DNA from: an uncultured Bacilli bacterium
GTDB lineage: Bacteria; Bacillota_I; Bacilli_A; RF39; UBA660
Assembly (NCBI GenBank): GCA_947631515.1
Contig: CANRLP010000001.1
Location: forward strand, 223 to 64,222
Reading direction: 5' to 3'
DNA length: 64,000 nucleotides
Shown: positions 39,962 to 50,120 of the stretch, piece after piece
How the letters are laid out: the number at the start of each line of letters is the position of its first letter
How positions within the stretch are numbered: position 1 is the stretch's first letter
Translations under genes and position numbers: made by a program
The notes under the pieces: model-generated
Databases searched by the model: none
The model's input: only the letters and a program-made list of their open reading frames with translations
Told to the model about the DNA's origin: nothing

Positions 39962-41827
39962 ATGAAATATGACATTATAGTTGTTGGTGGTGGCCATGCT
40001 GGTTGTGAAGCTTCTCACATCGCCGGATTTATGGGTAAAAAAACTTTACTTATTACCATGAATAAACAAAATATCGCTGATATGCCTTGTAATCCTTCAA
40101 TTGGAGGAACAGCCAAAGGAATTATAGTTCGAGATATTGATGCCTTAGGGGGATTAATGGGTAAAATAGCTGATAAGTCTCACTTTCAAATGAAAATGTT
40201 AAATAGTAAAAAAGGTCCAGCAGTTCAATCTCTTCGTTGTCAAGCTGATAAAAAATTATATCCTCGCAATATGTTAGCAGCTTTAGAAGAAACATCTAAT
40301 TTAGAAATTATGGAAGGTCTTGTAGAAGATATAATTGTCAAAAATAATAAAATAGAAGGAATAATTTTAAATAATAAAGAAAAAATCTTTTGTGATGCCT
40401 TAATTTTAACCACAGGAACTTATTTAAAAAGTAATATTTTAAGGGGTGCTAAAAACACCAAAGGAGGACCTCATGGTGAGGGAAGAAGTAATTTTTTAAG
40501 TGATAATTTAAGAAAGTTAGGATTTACAATTCAAAGATTAAAAACTGGTACTCCTCCTCGAATAAAAAAAGATTCAATAGATTTTTCAAAATGTCAAGAA
40601 GAGTTAGGTGACCATAAATATTATACATTTTCTCATGATGATGAACCATTTTACGATATTGATAAACAAGAAAAATGTTATTTGGTTTATACTAATGCTA
40701 AAACTCATGAAATCATTTTAAATAATTTAGATAAATCTAGTATGTATGGTGGATATGTAACAGGTATAGGACCTAGATATTGTCCTTCTATCGAAGATAA
40801 AATTGTTCGTTTTAAAGATAAGGAAAGACATCAACTATTTTTAGAGCCGGAAAGTAAAGAGTATGATGAATGGTATTTACAAGGTTTTTCGACTAGTATG
40901 CCTGAAGATATTCAAGAACAAATGGTTCATAGTTTAAGTGGCTTAGAAAATGCAGTAATAACTAAATATGCTTATGCTATTGAATATGACGCTATTGATC
41001 CTTTACAAATGAAACCTTCTTTGGAATCGAAAGTTGTGGAAAATATTTTTACGGCTGGTCAAATTAATGGAACAAGTGGTTATGAAGAAGCTGCCGGACA
41101 AGGTTTAATAGCTGGTATAAATGCAGTTTGTAAATTAAATCAAACTCAACCTCTAATTTTAAAAAGAAATGAATCTTATATAGGAGTTTTAATTGATGAT
41201 TTAGTAACAAAAGGTACAAAAGAACCATATCGCATGTTAACATCAAGAGCGGAATATCGTTTATTACTTCGCCATGACAATGCCATTCTACGTTTGCGGC
41301 CCATTGCCCATAAATATCAAACAATAACTGATAAAATGTATCAAAATTATTTAAATTTGGTAACAGATATTGAAAAGTTAAAAAAATTCTTAACTAATAC
41401 CAAATTAGAATTGACTAATGAAAATAAAAAACTATTTATTCAAAATAATTATCAATTACCTCCTAATAAAATAAGTTTTTTAGATTTATTAAAAAGACCT
41501 GAAATTACAATGGAATTTTTAAATCAGTTTACCAATATAGATTTTCCTATAAATGTAAAAGAAGAAGTAGAAATTGAAATTAAATATGAAGGGTATATAA
41601 AAAAGACGGAAAAAGAAATAAGTAAAATGTTAAAATTAGAAGAAAAACAAATTCCTTCTGATATTGATTATCAAAAAGTTAAAAATTTAGCAAGTGAAGC
41701 TCGTCAAAAACTAGAGCAAATTAGACCTTTATCAATTGGCCAAGCAGCTCGAATTAGTGGTGTTAATCCGGCAGATATCTCTATTTTAGCTGTCTATTTA
41801 AAAAGGGAATATAGTAAAGATGAATAA
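39962..41827 (+). CDS. mnmG: tRNA uridine 5-carboxymethylaminomethyl modification enzyme MnmG
   Basis: MKYDIIVVGGGHAGCEA FAD motif. The ORF-track TTG start at 39938 overlaps mnmE. Confidence 0.95.
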   Translation: MKYDIIVVGGGHAGCEASHIAGFMGKKTLLITMNKQNIADMPCNPSIGGTAKGIIVRDIDALGGLMGKIADKSHFQMKMLNSKKGPAVQSLRCQADKKLYPRNMLAALEETSNLEIMEGLVEDIIVKNNKIEGIILNNKEKIFCDALILTTGTYLKSNILRGAKNTKGGPHGEGRSNFLSDNLRKLGFTIQRLKTGTPPRIKKDSIDFSKCQEELGDHKYYTFSHDDEPFYDIDKQEKCYLVYTNAKTHEIILNNLDKSSMYGGYVTGIGPRYCPSIEDKIVRFKDKERHQLFLEPESKEYDEWYLQGFSTSMPEDIQEQMVHSLSGLENAVITKYAYAIEYDAIDPLQMKPSLESKVVENIFTAGQINGTSGYEEAAGQGLIAGINAVCKLNQTQPLILKRNESYIGVLIDDLVTKGTKEPYRMLTSRAEYRLLLRHDNAILRLRPIAHKYQTITDKMYQNYLNLVTDIEKLKKFLTNTKLELTNENKKLFIQNNYQLPPNKISFLDLLKRPEITMEFLNQFTNIDFPINVKEEVEIEIKYEGYIKKTEKEISKMLKLEEKQIPSDIDYQKVKNLASEARQKLEQIRPLSIGQAARISGVNPADISILAVYLKREYSKDE

Positions 41828-42524
41828 ACAAGAATTTCTTAATGCTTTGAAAAAAATGGCAATAAATATCACAGAAGAACAATTAAATAGTTTAGAAACT
41901 TATAAAAATCTTCTTATTGAATATAATAAACATACTAATTTAACAGCTATTAAAGATGAAGAAAGTATATTTTTAAAACATTTTTATGATTCACTTACTA
42001 TTAATAAATATTTAAAAAATAACGAATTAGTTTTAGATATTGGAACAGGTGCTGGATTTCCTGGCATGGTCTTAGCTATTATAAATCCAAATATCAATTT
42101 TGTATTACTTGATTCTAACAATAAAAAGATTAAATTTTTGGAATATTTAAATAATAATTTAAATTTAAAAAATGTAACTTTTGTTAATCAAAGAGCAGAA
42201 GATTATGTGCATGGAAATCGGGAAAAATTTGATATTGTAACTTCTCGAGCAGTAGCTGATTTGCGCATATTATCAGAATTATCACTTCCTGCTTTAAAAA
42301 TAGGAGGTCTTTTTGTAGCGATGAAAGGCGATATTTCTGAGGAATTAAATAATTCTCGGGAGACTATTAATATTTTAGGAGGAAGCATTCAAAAAATTGA
42401 AAAAATCCTATTACCTTTCGAGAATAGTAATAGAACAATAATAACTATCTCACATAATTTCAAAACAAATGAACTTTATCCAAGAAGCTACGACAAAATT
42501 CTTAAAAAGCCATTGAAAAAATAA
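41820..42524 (+). CDS. rsmG: 16S rRNA (guanine527-N7)-methyltransferase
   Basis: DIGTGAGFPG SAM motif. Overlaps mnmG by 8 nt. Confidence 0.93.
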   Translation: MNKQEFLNALKKMAINITEEQLNSLETYKNLLIEYNKHTNLTAIKDEESIFLKHFYDSLTINKYLKNNELVLDIGTGAGFPGMVLAIINPNINFVLLDSNNKKIKFLEYLNNNLNLKNVTFVNQRAEDYVHGNREKFDIVTSRAVADLRILSELSLPALKIGGLFVAMKGDISEELNNSRETINILGGSIQKIEKILLPFENSNRTIITISHNFKTNELYPRSYDKILKKPLKK

Positions 42525-42568
42525 GTAAAGTACGATATATTAATAGTAGGCTAAAGGGGCTGATTAGT

Positions 42569-43924
42569 ATGAATATGGATAAAAATATTCAAGAAATCCC
42601 AATTGAGGATATAATTCCTAATAGATTTCAACCAAGACTTGCATTCAATGAAGAAGGATTGAATGAACTTTCTGATTCCATAAAACAACATGGAATAATT
42701 CAACCCCTTGTTGTACGTAAACTTGGCGATAAATATGAAATAATTGCTGGAGAAAGAAGATATAAAGCTGCTACTCAAGCCGGATTAACTAAAGTGCCTG
42801 CTATAATTTCTGATATAGATGATAATAAAAGCGCCGAGGTAGCTTTAGTAGAAAATATTCAAAGAAGAAATTTAACAGCTATTGAAGAAGCTAAATCATA
42901 TAAAAATTTATTAGACAGAGGTTATTTAACTCAAGAACAATTAGCAGCAAAGATGGGAGTATCTCAATCTTCAATTGCAAATAAATTAAGACTATTAAAC
43001 TTAGCTCCAGAAGTTCAAGATGCCTTATTAAATGAAAAAATATCAGAACGTCATGCTCGAGCATTGTTAAGTTTAGATGATATGGAAGAGCAAAAAAAAT
43101 GGTTACAAAAAATAATTGATGAACGTATGACTGTTCGGCAATTAGATATGGAATTAAAAAAATATAAAGAAGATCCTGATGACGAAGGAAATGATATACC
43201 TTTAGTTAATATAAATCCCGATATAGATAGCATTTTAAATAGTGCAGAAGATATTAATGTTACTAGAGAAGCACACGATGTAGCTAGTATGTTAATGCCG
43301 GACCAAGCCATGAATCAAAATGAAGTTACTGACCAAAATTTGCCACCAGAATCACCTTCAAAAATGCCTAATAAATTCTTTAATTTTTTAGAAGATGAAC
43401 AAGCAAATATGGATATTGGTGAACCTGATGAGATATTTACGAATTTTACTCCAACTTCTTTAGAAGAATCAGAACCAAAAATTCCAGAAAATACTATGCA
43501 ATCTGTAGAAGTATTAGATGATTTAGATAATATCGATACTGATGATAAGCCTGAAGATACGACACCATCAACACCTCAAGAATTACCGGAAGAACCACAA
43601 AATGTTGAGTCTTTTGAAAATATATTTGAATCGACACCAAACTTAGAAAATAATTCTACGGAAATTGTAAACGAACCAATAAGTCAACCAGTAGTAAAAG
43701 AAAATACTTTTGTAGATCCTATGGATAGTGTTGTAAAATTAGAACCAGATTATGAAGAAAAACAAGAAGAATTAGCTGGCACGGATTTAAAAAGTGCAAT
43801 AAATACTATTAGAGAAACAATTGATGCGCTAAATAAAAAAGGATTTACAATAGAAATGGAAGAAGCCGATTTAGAAGATTTGTATCATATAACAATTAAA
43901 ATCGATAAAAACCAAGAAGAGTAA
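42569..43924 (+). CDS. ParB/Noc-like nucleoid partition/occlusion protein with long acidic disordered insert
   Basis: ParB N-terminal box IAGERRYKAA, HTH (QEQLAAKMGVSQSSIANKLRLL). A ~180-aa D/E/P-rich low-complexity region follows, then a short C-terminal domain. No parA downstream. Confidence 0.8.
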   Translation: MNMDKNIQEIPIEDIIPNRFQPRLAFNEEGLNELSDSIKQHGIIQPLVVRKLGDKYEIIAGERRYKAATQAGLTKVPAIISDIDDNKSAEVALVENIQRRNLTAIEEAKSYKNLLDRGYLTQEQLAAKMGVSQSSIANKLRLLNLAPEVQDALLNEKISERHARALLSLDDMEEQKKWLQKIIDERMTVRQLDMELKKYKEDPDDEGNDIPLVNINPDIDSILNSAEDINVTREAHDVASMLMPDQAMNQNEVTDQNLPPESPSKMPNKFFNFLEDEQANMDIGEPDEIFTNFTPTSLEESEPKIPENTMQSVEVLDDLDNIDTDDKPEDTTPSTPQELPEEPQNVESFENIFESTPNLENNSTEIVNEPISQPVVKENTFVDPMDSVVKLEPDYEEKQEELAGTDLKSAINTIRETIDALNKKGFTIEMEEADLEDLYHITIKIDKNQEE

Positions 43925-43996
43925 TCTTCTTTTTTTGGTAATTGAAAATGGCAAGTAAATGAATTATAATTAAATTAATAATAGAGGAGGATTTAT

Positions 43997-45311
43997 ATGA
44001 AGAAAGCAAAAAATAACCTCCCAACCAGACTAACTCTGGGGGGGTATATCAAATAAGAAAGAAGACCTAGAGTTAGAAAAGTTTACTAAGAACAAAAAAA
44101 GAAAATTTATTTTAATAGGATTAATATTAGGAATAAGCGTAACTATTGGTGGAATATTCTTATATAAAAGTTATGCCTATTATGAAAATGAAAAAGAGTA
44201 TAACGTAATAAAAGGAATAATACCCGATTTTTCGTATGATGTGAAGTTTGCCATAACCGTGGATGATGAAACAAAAGAATCAATCCCAACAGAGCCAAAA
44301 GATGCTAACAAATCAAATTATTATAAAGTAACGGCTACTTGTGATAATGGTATAAAAGCAGAATGGGATTATAATGCCTGGAACTTAAAAGTAGAAGATA
44401 TTCAAAAAGGAACAAAATGTAAATTAGCATTTAATAGTACCTTAACCGAAGCAGATTACAAAAATTACATTGACGCAGGAGTTGCATATAGAAGAAATAC
44501 ATATAGAGGCAAAGATATTACCAGTAAATTAAAAGATGGTAGTTTATTCACAGAAATAGAGAGTGGTCATTTCGACGATATATTTGTTGGAGATTACATA
44601 ACAAGTTCAAGTGGCCAAAAAGATTTAAGTAACAAAACAGTAGTATGGTTAATAGCTGATCTAGATAATTATTTATATACTGGAGACGGAGGTATTGTGT
44701 TAAATAAGCATCATGCGACAATAATACCAGCAATTCCTTTAATGAAAGCTTCAATGAATTCCACGAATACAACTGTAGGAGGATATGCCGGAAGTGAAAT
44801 GGTAGGGTATGAAGTAGACGAAAATGGAAAAGCTACCCAAGAGAAAAAAGAAGAAGGAGGAACATTAGATACAGTATTAAGTAAATATATAGAGCCTGAT
44901 TTTGGAGCTAGTAATCCTAGTGGTGATAAACAAAATCATATAATAGAATATCGAAATATAATAACTGTTCAAGTGGATAAAACAAGAACAAATCGATTTG
45001 GACTTACCGATGGTACAAGCTCTAATTTTGAATGGTATAATAGAAAATTAGATTTCATGAGTGAAATGAATGTGTATGGAGGAATCATTTGGTCATCATC
45101 AGGCAGAGATATCGGCATAGACAATATGCAATATGCCATATTTCAACTAAAGCCAGGTTTTAGAGATTCTTACGGAACTTATAGATTTCATTACTGGTTA
45201 AAAGATGTAGCCAAAATGAATAATTTTGCGTATTCCGACGCCTATGGTGTGTCGGGCGTCTACGGTGCGAATGGCCTTATTGGAGTCCGCCCCAGATTCT
45301 TAATCGGTTAA
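43997..45311 (+). CDS. hypothetical membrane-anchored (type II) secreted protein; reading frame interrupted at an A7 homopolymer (44093-44099)
   Basis: ATG 43997 with GAGGAGG RBS encodes MKKAKNNLPTRLTLGGISNKKEDLELEKFTKNKK in frame 2. The frame-0 ORF opens at 44076, encodes TM helix FILIGLILGISVTIGGIFLY, and continues 44241-45311. Deleting one A in the A7 tract fuses the two. No in-frame ATG exists for the downstream part. Confidence 0.55.
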
Positions 45312-45427
45312 CATTTTCTTTTTGAGCAAATGTTTTTTTTAGTTGTTAAACATTGCTATTTTAATAAAAATAACTTTTTTATAAAACTTAAGCGTGTTAT
45401 AATTAGAATAATGGAAGAGGGTTAAAC

Positions 45428-46963
45428 ATGACTAAGTATGATGCTATATTTATTGGGGCCAATAATAGTAATTTAATAGCGGCATTAAGACTAGCTAAAA
45501 ATGGCTATAAAGTATTAATGTTAGAAAAGAATCATATTCCTGGTGGATGTTCTACTAGTTTTATTAGAGGACGTTTTGAATTTGATGCTTCTTTACAAGA
45601 ATTATATGAATATGGATCAACAGAGGAACCAGGTTTATTATATAAATTATTTCAAAGTTTGGATTTAAATGATCAGATACGTTTTGCAGATATCCCTAAT
45701 GCTTTTCATGTTTATGTTAGTTCTAATCATGAAAATTATAAATTGCCTTTTGGGCTACGTAATTTTATTGATAAGATGGAAGAATATGTAAGTGATAGTA
45801 GAGAGTCTTTAGAAAAGTTCTTTCAATTAGGTTTAGAGTGCCGAAATGCTTTAAAATATATTGGTAAACATAAAGCAAATACTCGTTACGAAGTTTTATT
45901 GAGTGATTATCCACATTTTATGAAAATAGCAAATTTATCAGTTAGTACAGTTTTGAATGCTATAAATATGCCTCGTAAAGCTCAAGAAATATTAGCTGCC
46001 AATTGGAGTTATTTTGGCAGTCCGATTGATACTTTATCTTTTGTCCAATTTTCTTCCACTTTTTATTCATACATTGCTAGGGGAACGAAGATACCTCGTA
46101 AAACTAGTTTTGAGATTAGTTTAGTTTTAGCTGAAAATATAGTTGATAATGGTGGATATATTAAGTACTTATCAACAGTTGAAGAAATTTTATTTGAAAA
46201 TGACAAAGTAAGTGGAGTTAAGCTTAGTAATGGGGATATTTATGAAGCACCATATATTATTTGTGGCGTATCTCCTAATGAAGTTTATGGCAAAATGATA
46301 CCATCTAAATATATTCCTAAAAATGCTCTTAAACTTACTAATTCACGGGTTTTAGGAGGTAGAGGTTTTGCTATTTATTTAGGTTTAAATCAAAGTGCTA
46401 AAGAAATAGGATTGAATGATTATTCTTATATAATTACTAATACTTTGGATAGTCGTAAAGAATATGAAAAAATGGGAACAACGAATGTAGAACATTTTAG
46501 AGTATCAGTTATCAACAATGCAAATATTGCAGCATCTCCTAAAAATACATGTATTATGCAATTTTCTACTTTTTTTACTAATGATTGTTTTATGAAACTA
46601 GCTAATCCAAGTAATTATTATGAATTAAAAGAACAAATTGCCAATCGTTTAATTACTCTTTTTGAAGATATGACAGGAATTATTATTAAACCTTTTATTG
46701 AAGAAATTGAGATTTCTTCTCCAGAGACTTTTGCCAGGTATACTAATCAACCTGAAGGGACAATTTATGGCTTTAAAGCAACAGGTTTAGATAATCTTTT
46801 ACCACGAATGATTAATGAAGAAAATGAACAATTTATTGATAATTTGAAATTTAATAGTGGTTTTGGCACTTATTTAAGTAGTTATGCAACGACATATTTG
46901 ACGGGAAATGAATTAGCCATGAATATCCTAGCTAGTAGAGAAGGGGTGGATGCAAATGAATAA
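45428..46963 (+). CDS. FAD-dependent oxidoreductase, phytoene-desaturase (CrtI)/amine-oxidase family
   Basis: N-terminal dinucleotide-binding DAIFIGANNSNLIAALRLAKNGYKVLMLEKNHIPGG. ~510 aa, typical for the CrtI family. Confidence 0.65.
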   Translation: MTKYDAIFIGANNSNLIAALRLAKNGYKVLMLEKNHIPGGCSTSFIRGRFEFDASLQELYEYGSTEEPGLLYKLFQSLDLNDQIRFADIPNAFHVYVSSNHENYKLPFGLRNFIDKMEEYVSDSRESLEKFFQLGLECRNALKYIGKHKANTRYEVLLSDYPHFMKIANLSVSTVLNAINMPRKAQEILAANWSYFGSPIDTLSFVQFSSTFYSYIARGTKIPRKTSFEISLVLAENIVDNGGYIKYLSTVEEILFENDKVSGVKLSNGDIYEAPYIICGVSPNEVYGKMIPSKYIPKNALKLTNSRVLGGRGFAIYLGLNQSAKEIGLNDYSYIITNTLDSRKEYEKMGTTNVEHFRVSVINNANIAASPKNTCIMQFSTFFTNDCFMKLANPSNYYELKEQIANRLITLFEDMTGIIIKPFIEEIEISSPETFARYTNQPEGTIYGFKATGLDNLLPRMINEENEQFIDNLKFNSGFGTYLSSYATTYLTGNELAMNILASREGVDANE

Positions 46964-48116
46964 AATTGAATTAAAAGGTTTAAATAATGATAAAAATTTT
47001 CAAAATATGGGCAAAGAAAGAGAAAAAATTATTCATAAGTCTTCTTCTAAACCAATTGTAACAGAATATAAAGCTAATGCTTTAGCTAAGAAATTACATC
47101 CAGAAGAGCAATATGTTAAAGTAGAAAAAATTATTAAAGAGAATGATGATGTTAAAACGTTTGTTTTAGTACCAGATAAAAGTGAAAATACTAATTCCTT
47201 AGCTTATTTTCAAGCTGGACAATACATAACTATTATCGTTGAAATTGATGGAGGAATTTATAGAAGACCTTATACTTTAAGTTGTAGTCCTAAACATGCC
47301 TTAAATCACGAATATATGATTACAATTAAACGGGTTAGAGGGGGAATAATTTCTAATTATTTTTTAGACGAAGTGCAAGAAGGTTTTTCTTTTAAAATTT
47401 CTGCTCCTTTAGGAAATTTTTGCTATTCAACAATTAGAGATTGTAAACATGTATTAGCACTAGCTAGTGGAAGAGGAATTATCCCTTTTTTATCTATGGC
47501 TGAAGCTATCTATGATGGTAATTTAAAATGTAATTTAACAATTCTTTATAAAGCTAAGACTAAAGATGATTTGTTATTTCGTGAAAAATTAGATGATATT
47601 ATTTGTAAAATGGAAAATGTAAATGTAGTGTATGTTTTGAGTGAAGAAGATGACAATGAATTTTTGAGTGGCGACATTGATGAAGATTTAATAAGACAAT
47701 ATTCTACGGAAGAAACATCATATTTTGTTAGTGGTTCTCCAGATTTTTATTCTCATATTAATGAAGTTTTAAAAAATTTGGATATTCCGAAAAAGTTTGT
47801 TCGACATGATTTATTTAAGGGAGAAATTGAGTTAAAGAGTAATGAAGAGTATTTACTTACAGTTATAAGTGATGAAAGAGAATATTCTCTTAAATGTCAT
47901 GGTAAAGAAACATTATTACAAGCCATTGAAAAAAGTGGTATTGATATAAAAAGTGGTTGTCATGTTGGAGTTTGTGGTTTATGTCGCAGTAAGTTAATTA
48001 GTGGGAAAGTAAAAACTATTGACGAAAATTTGAGAGCTATTGATAAATCATATAATTATATTCATCCATGTATAACTTATCCGGAAAGTGATGTAATATT
48101 AAAATTACCTAATTAA
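46950..48116 (+). CDS. FNR-type FAD/NAD(P)-binding reductase with C-terminal plant-type 2Fe-2S ferredoxin domain
   Basis: RPYTLS FAD-binding motif, GIIPFLSM NAD motif, C-terminal CHVGVCGLC...C cluster. Overlaps the upstream gene by 14 nt. Confidence 0.65.
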   Translation: MQMNKIELKGLNNDKNFQNMGKEREKIIHKSSSKPIVTEYKANALAKKLHPEEQYVKVEKIIKENDDVKTFVLVPDKSENTNSLAYFQAGQYITIIVEIDGGIYRRPYTLSCSPKHALNHEYMITIKRVRGGIISNYFLDEVQEGFSFKISAPLGNFCYSTIRDCKHVLALASGRGIIPFLSMAEAIYDGNLKCNLTILYKAKTKDDLLFREKLDDIICKMENVNVVYVLSEEDDNEFLSGDIDEDLIRQYSTEETSYFVSGSPDFYSHINEVLKNLDIPKKFVRHDLFKGEIELKSNEEYLLTVISDEREYSLKCHGKETLLQAIEKSGIDIKSGCHVGVCGLCRSKLISGKVKTIDENLRAIDKSYNYIHPCITYPESDVILKLPN

Positions 48117-48130
48117 TTTTTGGCAAATAA

Positions 48131-48162
48131 AAAAAATCGTTTATTAGAAAAACGATTTTTTT
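48131..48162. terminator. bidirectional intrinsic terminator between the reductase gene and rpsD
   Basis: ATCGTTT-attagaa-AAACGAT hairpin flanked by A8 and T7. Confidence 0.6.
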
Positions 48163-48763
48163 ATCTGTTGTAGAATTCAACAATAAGACTTTCATCAATT
48201 TCTTGATTTAATTCACTACGATCAGGAAGTCTAACGTATGAACCAGACATCTTTTTAGCATCAAAGTCAACATAAGCCGGACGACTTAATGTAGCTTCTA
48301 AAGCTTCTTTTATTGCTTTATGATCAAGTGAATTTTCTTTTACACTGATAGTATCTCCTGGTTTAACAGTATATGATGGAATATTTACTTTTTTACCATT
48401 TACTAAAATATGACCATGGTTAACTACTTGTCTAGCTCCCCGTCTAGTTTTAGCAAGTCCCATCCGATAAACTAAATTATCTAAACGACTTTCTAATAAC
48501 TTAAGTAAATTTTCTCCAGCTACACCTTTCATTTTAGAAGCACGATCAAAAACTCTTCTAAATTGTTTTTCGGTTAAACCATACATTAAACGTACTTTTT
48601 GTTTTTCTTGTAATTGGACACCATATTCACTAAGTTTCTTACGACGATCTGCTCCATGAACACCAGGGGCATAAGGACGACGTGCAAGTTCACGACCATT
48701 TTCTAAAAGAGAAAAATTTAATCTTCTTGCTTTTTTATAAGCAGGTCCAGTATATCTTGCCAT
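48161..48763 (-). CDS. rpsD: 30S ribosomal protein S4
   Basis: MARYTGP..K..RR, S4 domain. A 250-nt leader upstream fits S4 autoregulation. Confidence 0.95.
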   Translation of the reverse strand: MARYTGPAYKKARRLNFSLLENGRELARRPYAPGVHGADRRKKLSEYGVQLQEKQKVRLMYGLTEKQFRRVFDRASKMKGVAGENLLKLLESRLDNLVYRMGLAKTRRGARQVVNHGHILVNGKKVNIPSYTVKPGDTISVKENSLDHKAIKEALEATLSRPAYVDFDAKKMSGSYVRLPDRSELNQEIDESLIVEFYNR

Positions 48764-49025
48764 AAAATTACTCCTTTCTAATTTTGCTATAAGTTAAGAT
48801 AAAAATTAATTTAATAGGGAGTTTATACGAATCATTTCCTAAAAGGCAGTTTAGTACTTTGAATTGAATTATAAACACGTTACTAAATATAATTTTCGCT
48901 GCCAACTCATGCACTAATAATTTATCACTATATTCTTATTATGTCAAATATAATTTTATGATATGATAGCTGGATTTTCTTTTATTTTTAAATAAAAAAA
49001 TGATATACTATCTTTGGGTGTCATT

Positions 49026-50120
49026 ATGAACGAAACTGCCAAAAAAATATTACAAAAATTAAATGATAATGGCTTTAAAGCTTATTTAGTTGGGGGCTAT
49101 GTTAGAGATTTATTACTGGGAAGTGAAAGTAATGATATTGATATTTGTACAAATGCACAGGGTAAAGATTTAATTTCTTTGTTTTCTGGTAAAGAAAATG
49201 GTTATGGTTCTTTTAATGTCCAAGTTAATAAGTATAATATTGATATAACGACATTTAGAAAAGAAAATAGTTATCAAAATAGTAAATTAGTAGATTATGT
49301 TTTTATTGATGAATTAGAACAAGATCTTTTACGAAGAGATTTTACAATTAATACAATTTGCATGGATGCTAGGGGAAAAGTATATGATTTTTGGCACGGA
49401 ATAGATGATTTAAATCATAATATAATTAAAGCAGTTGGTGATGCCGATACTCGTTTAAAAGAAGATCCTTTACGAATATTAAGAGCAATTCGCTTTGCTA
49501 CAGTATTAGATTTTGAGCTAGATAAAAACTTAGAAACTGCTATTATTAAAAATAAAAATTTAATTAAAACTATTAGTTATTATCGCGTTAAGGAAGAAGT
49601 ATCTCGAATTTTACTATCGTTAAATTTCCAAAAAGGATTGGATTTATTAAAAAAATATGGTTTAGATAATATATTACAATTATCATATGTTCATGTTATA
49701 TATACCAAAGATTTATATGGTATGTGGGCTCAAATTCAGTATCCCGAAAGTTATCCATTTACAAAACAAGAAAAAGAGATTATATTAAACATACAAGATA
49801 TTATAAAGGATGGTTCTATAACTAATGGTACTTTATATCATCATGGTTTGTATTTATGCTTAGTAGCAGGGGAAATATTGGGAATAGATAAAAATACCAT
49901 ATATAAAATAAATGATAATATTCCTATTCATGAGCGAAAAGATTTAGCAATTTCTTATTTGGAACTAGGTACTATATTAGATATTAAACCTTCTAAAAAA
50001 TTAAAGGAAATAGAGAAGGAAATTATTGATAAAATATTACATGGTCATATTAAAAATACTAAAAATGAAATTAAAAATTATTTATTAGATAATAAAGAAA
50101 GGTGGAATAGTGATGAGTAA
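49026..50120 (+). CDS. cca: CCA-adding tRNA nucleotidyltransferase
   Basis: GGYVRDLLLG...DIDI head motif, HD-less class II bacterial type. Confidence 0.85.
   Translation: MNETAKKILQKLNDNGFKAYLVGGYVRDLLLGSESNDIDICTNAQGKDLISLFSGKENGYGSFNVQVNKYNIDITTFRKENSYQNSKLVDYVFIDELEQDLLRRDFTINTICMDARGKVYDFWHGIDDLNHNIIKAVGDADTRLKEDPLRILRAIRFATVLDFELDKNLETAIIKNKNLIKTISYYRVKEEVSRILLSLNFQKGLDLLKKYGLDNILQLSYVHVIYTKDLYGMWAQIQYPESYPFTKQEKEIILNIQDIIKDGSITNGTLYHHGLYLCLVAGEILGIDKNTIYKINDNIPIHERKDLAISYLELGTILDIKPSKKLKEIEKEIIDKILHGHIKNTKNEIKNYLLDNKERWNSDE

Noticed and set aside
42569-43924. Possible fusion of two ORFs in the long ParB-like gene through a frameshift
   Set aside because: The frame is continuous, with a ParB-type C-terminal domain after the acidic region. 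I keep it as a single gene but flag the unusual insert.
43997-44167. 56-codon ORF treated as an independent small protein
   Set aside because: It has the RBS and N-terminus expected for the downstream frameshifted membrane protein. I interpret it as the first segment of that gene.
45180-45311. Diversity-generating retroelement variable region as the explanation for the GC-rich gene 3' end
   Set aside because: There is no reverse transcriptase, template repeat or accessory gene anywhere in the window.
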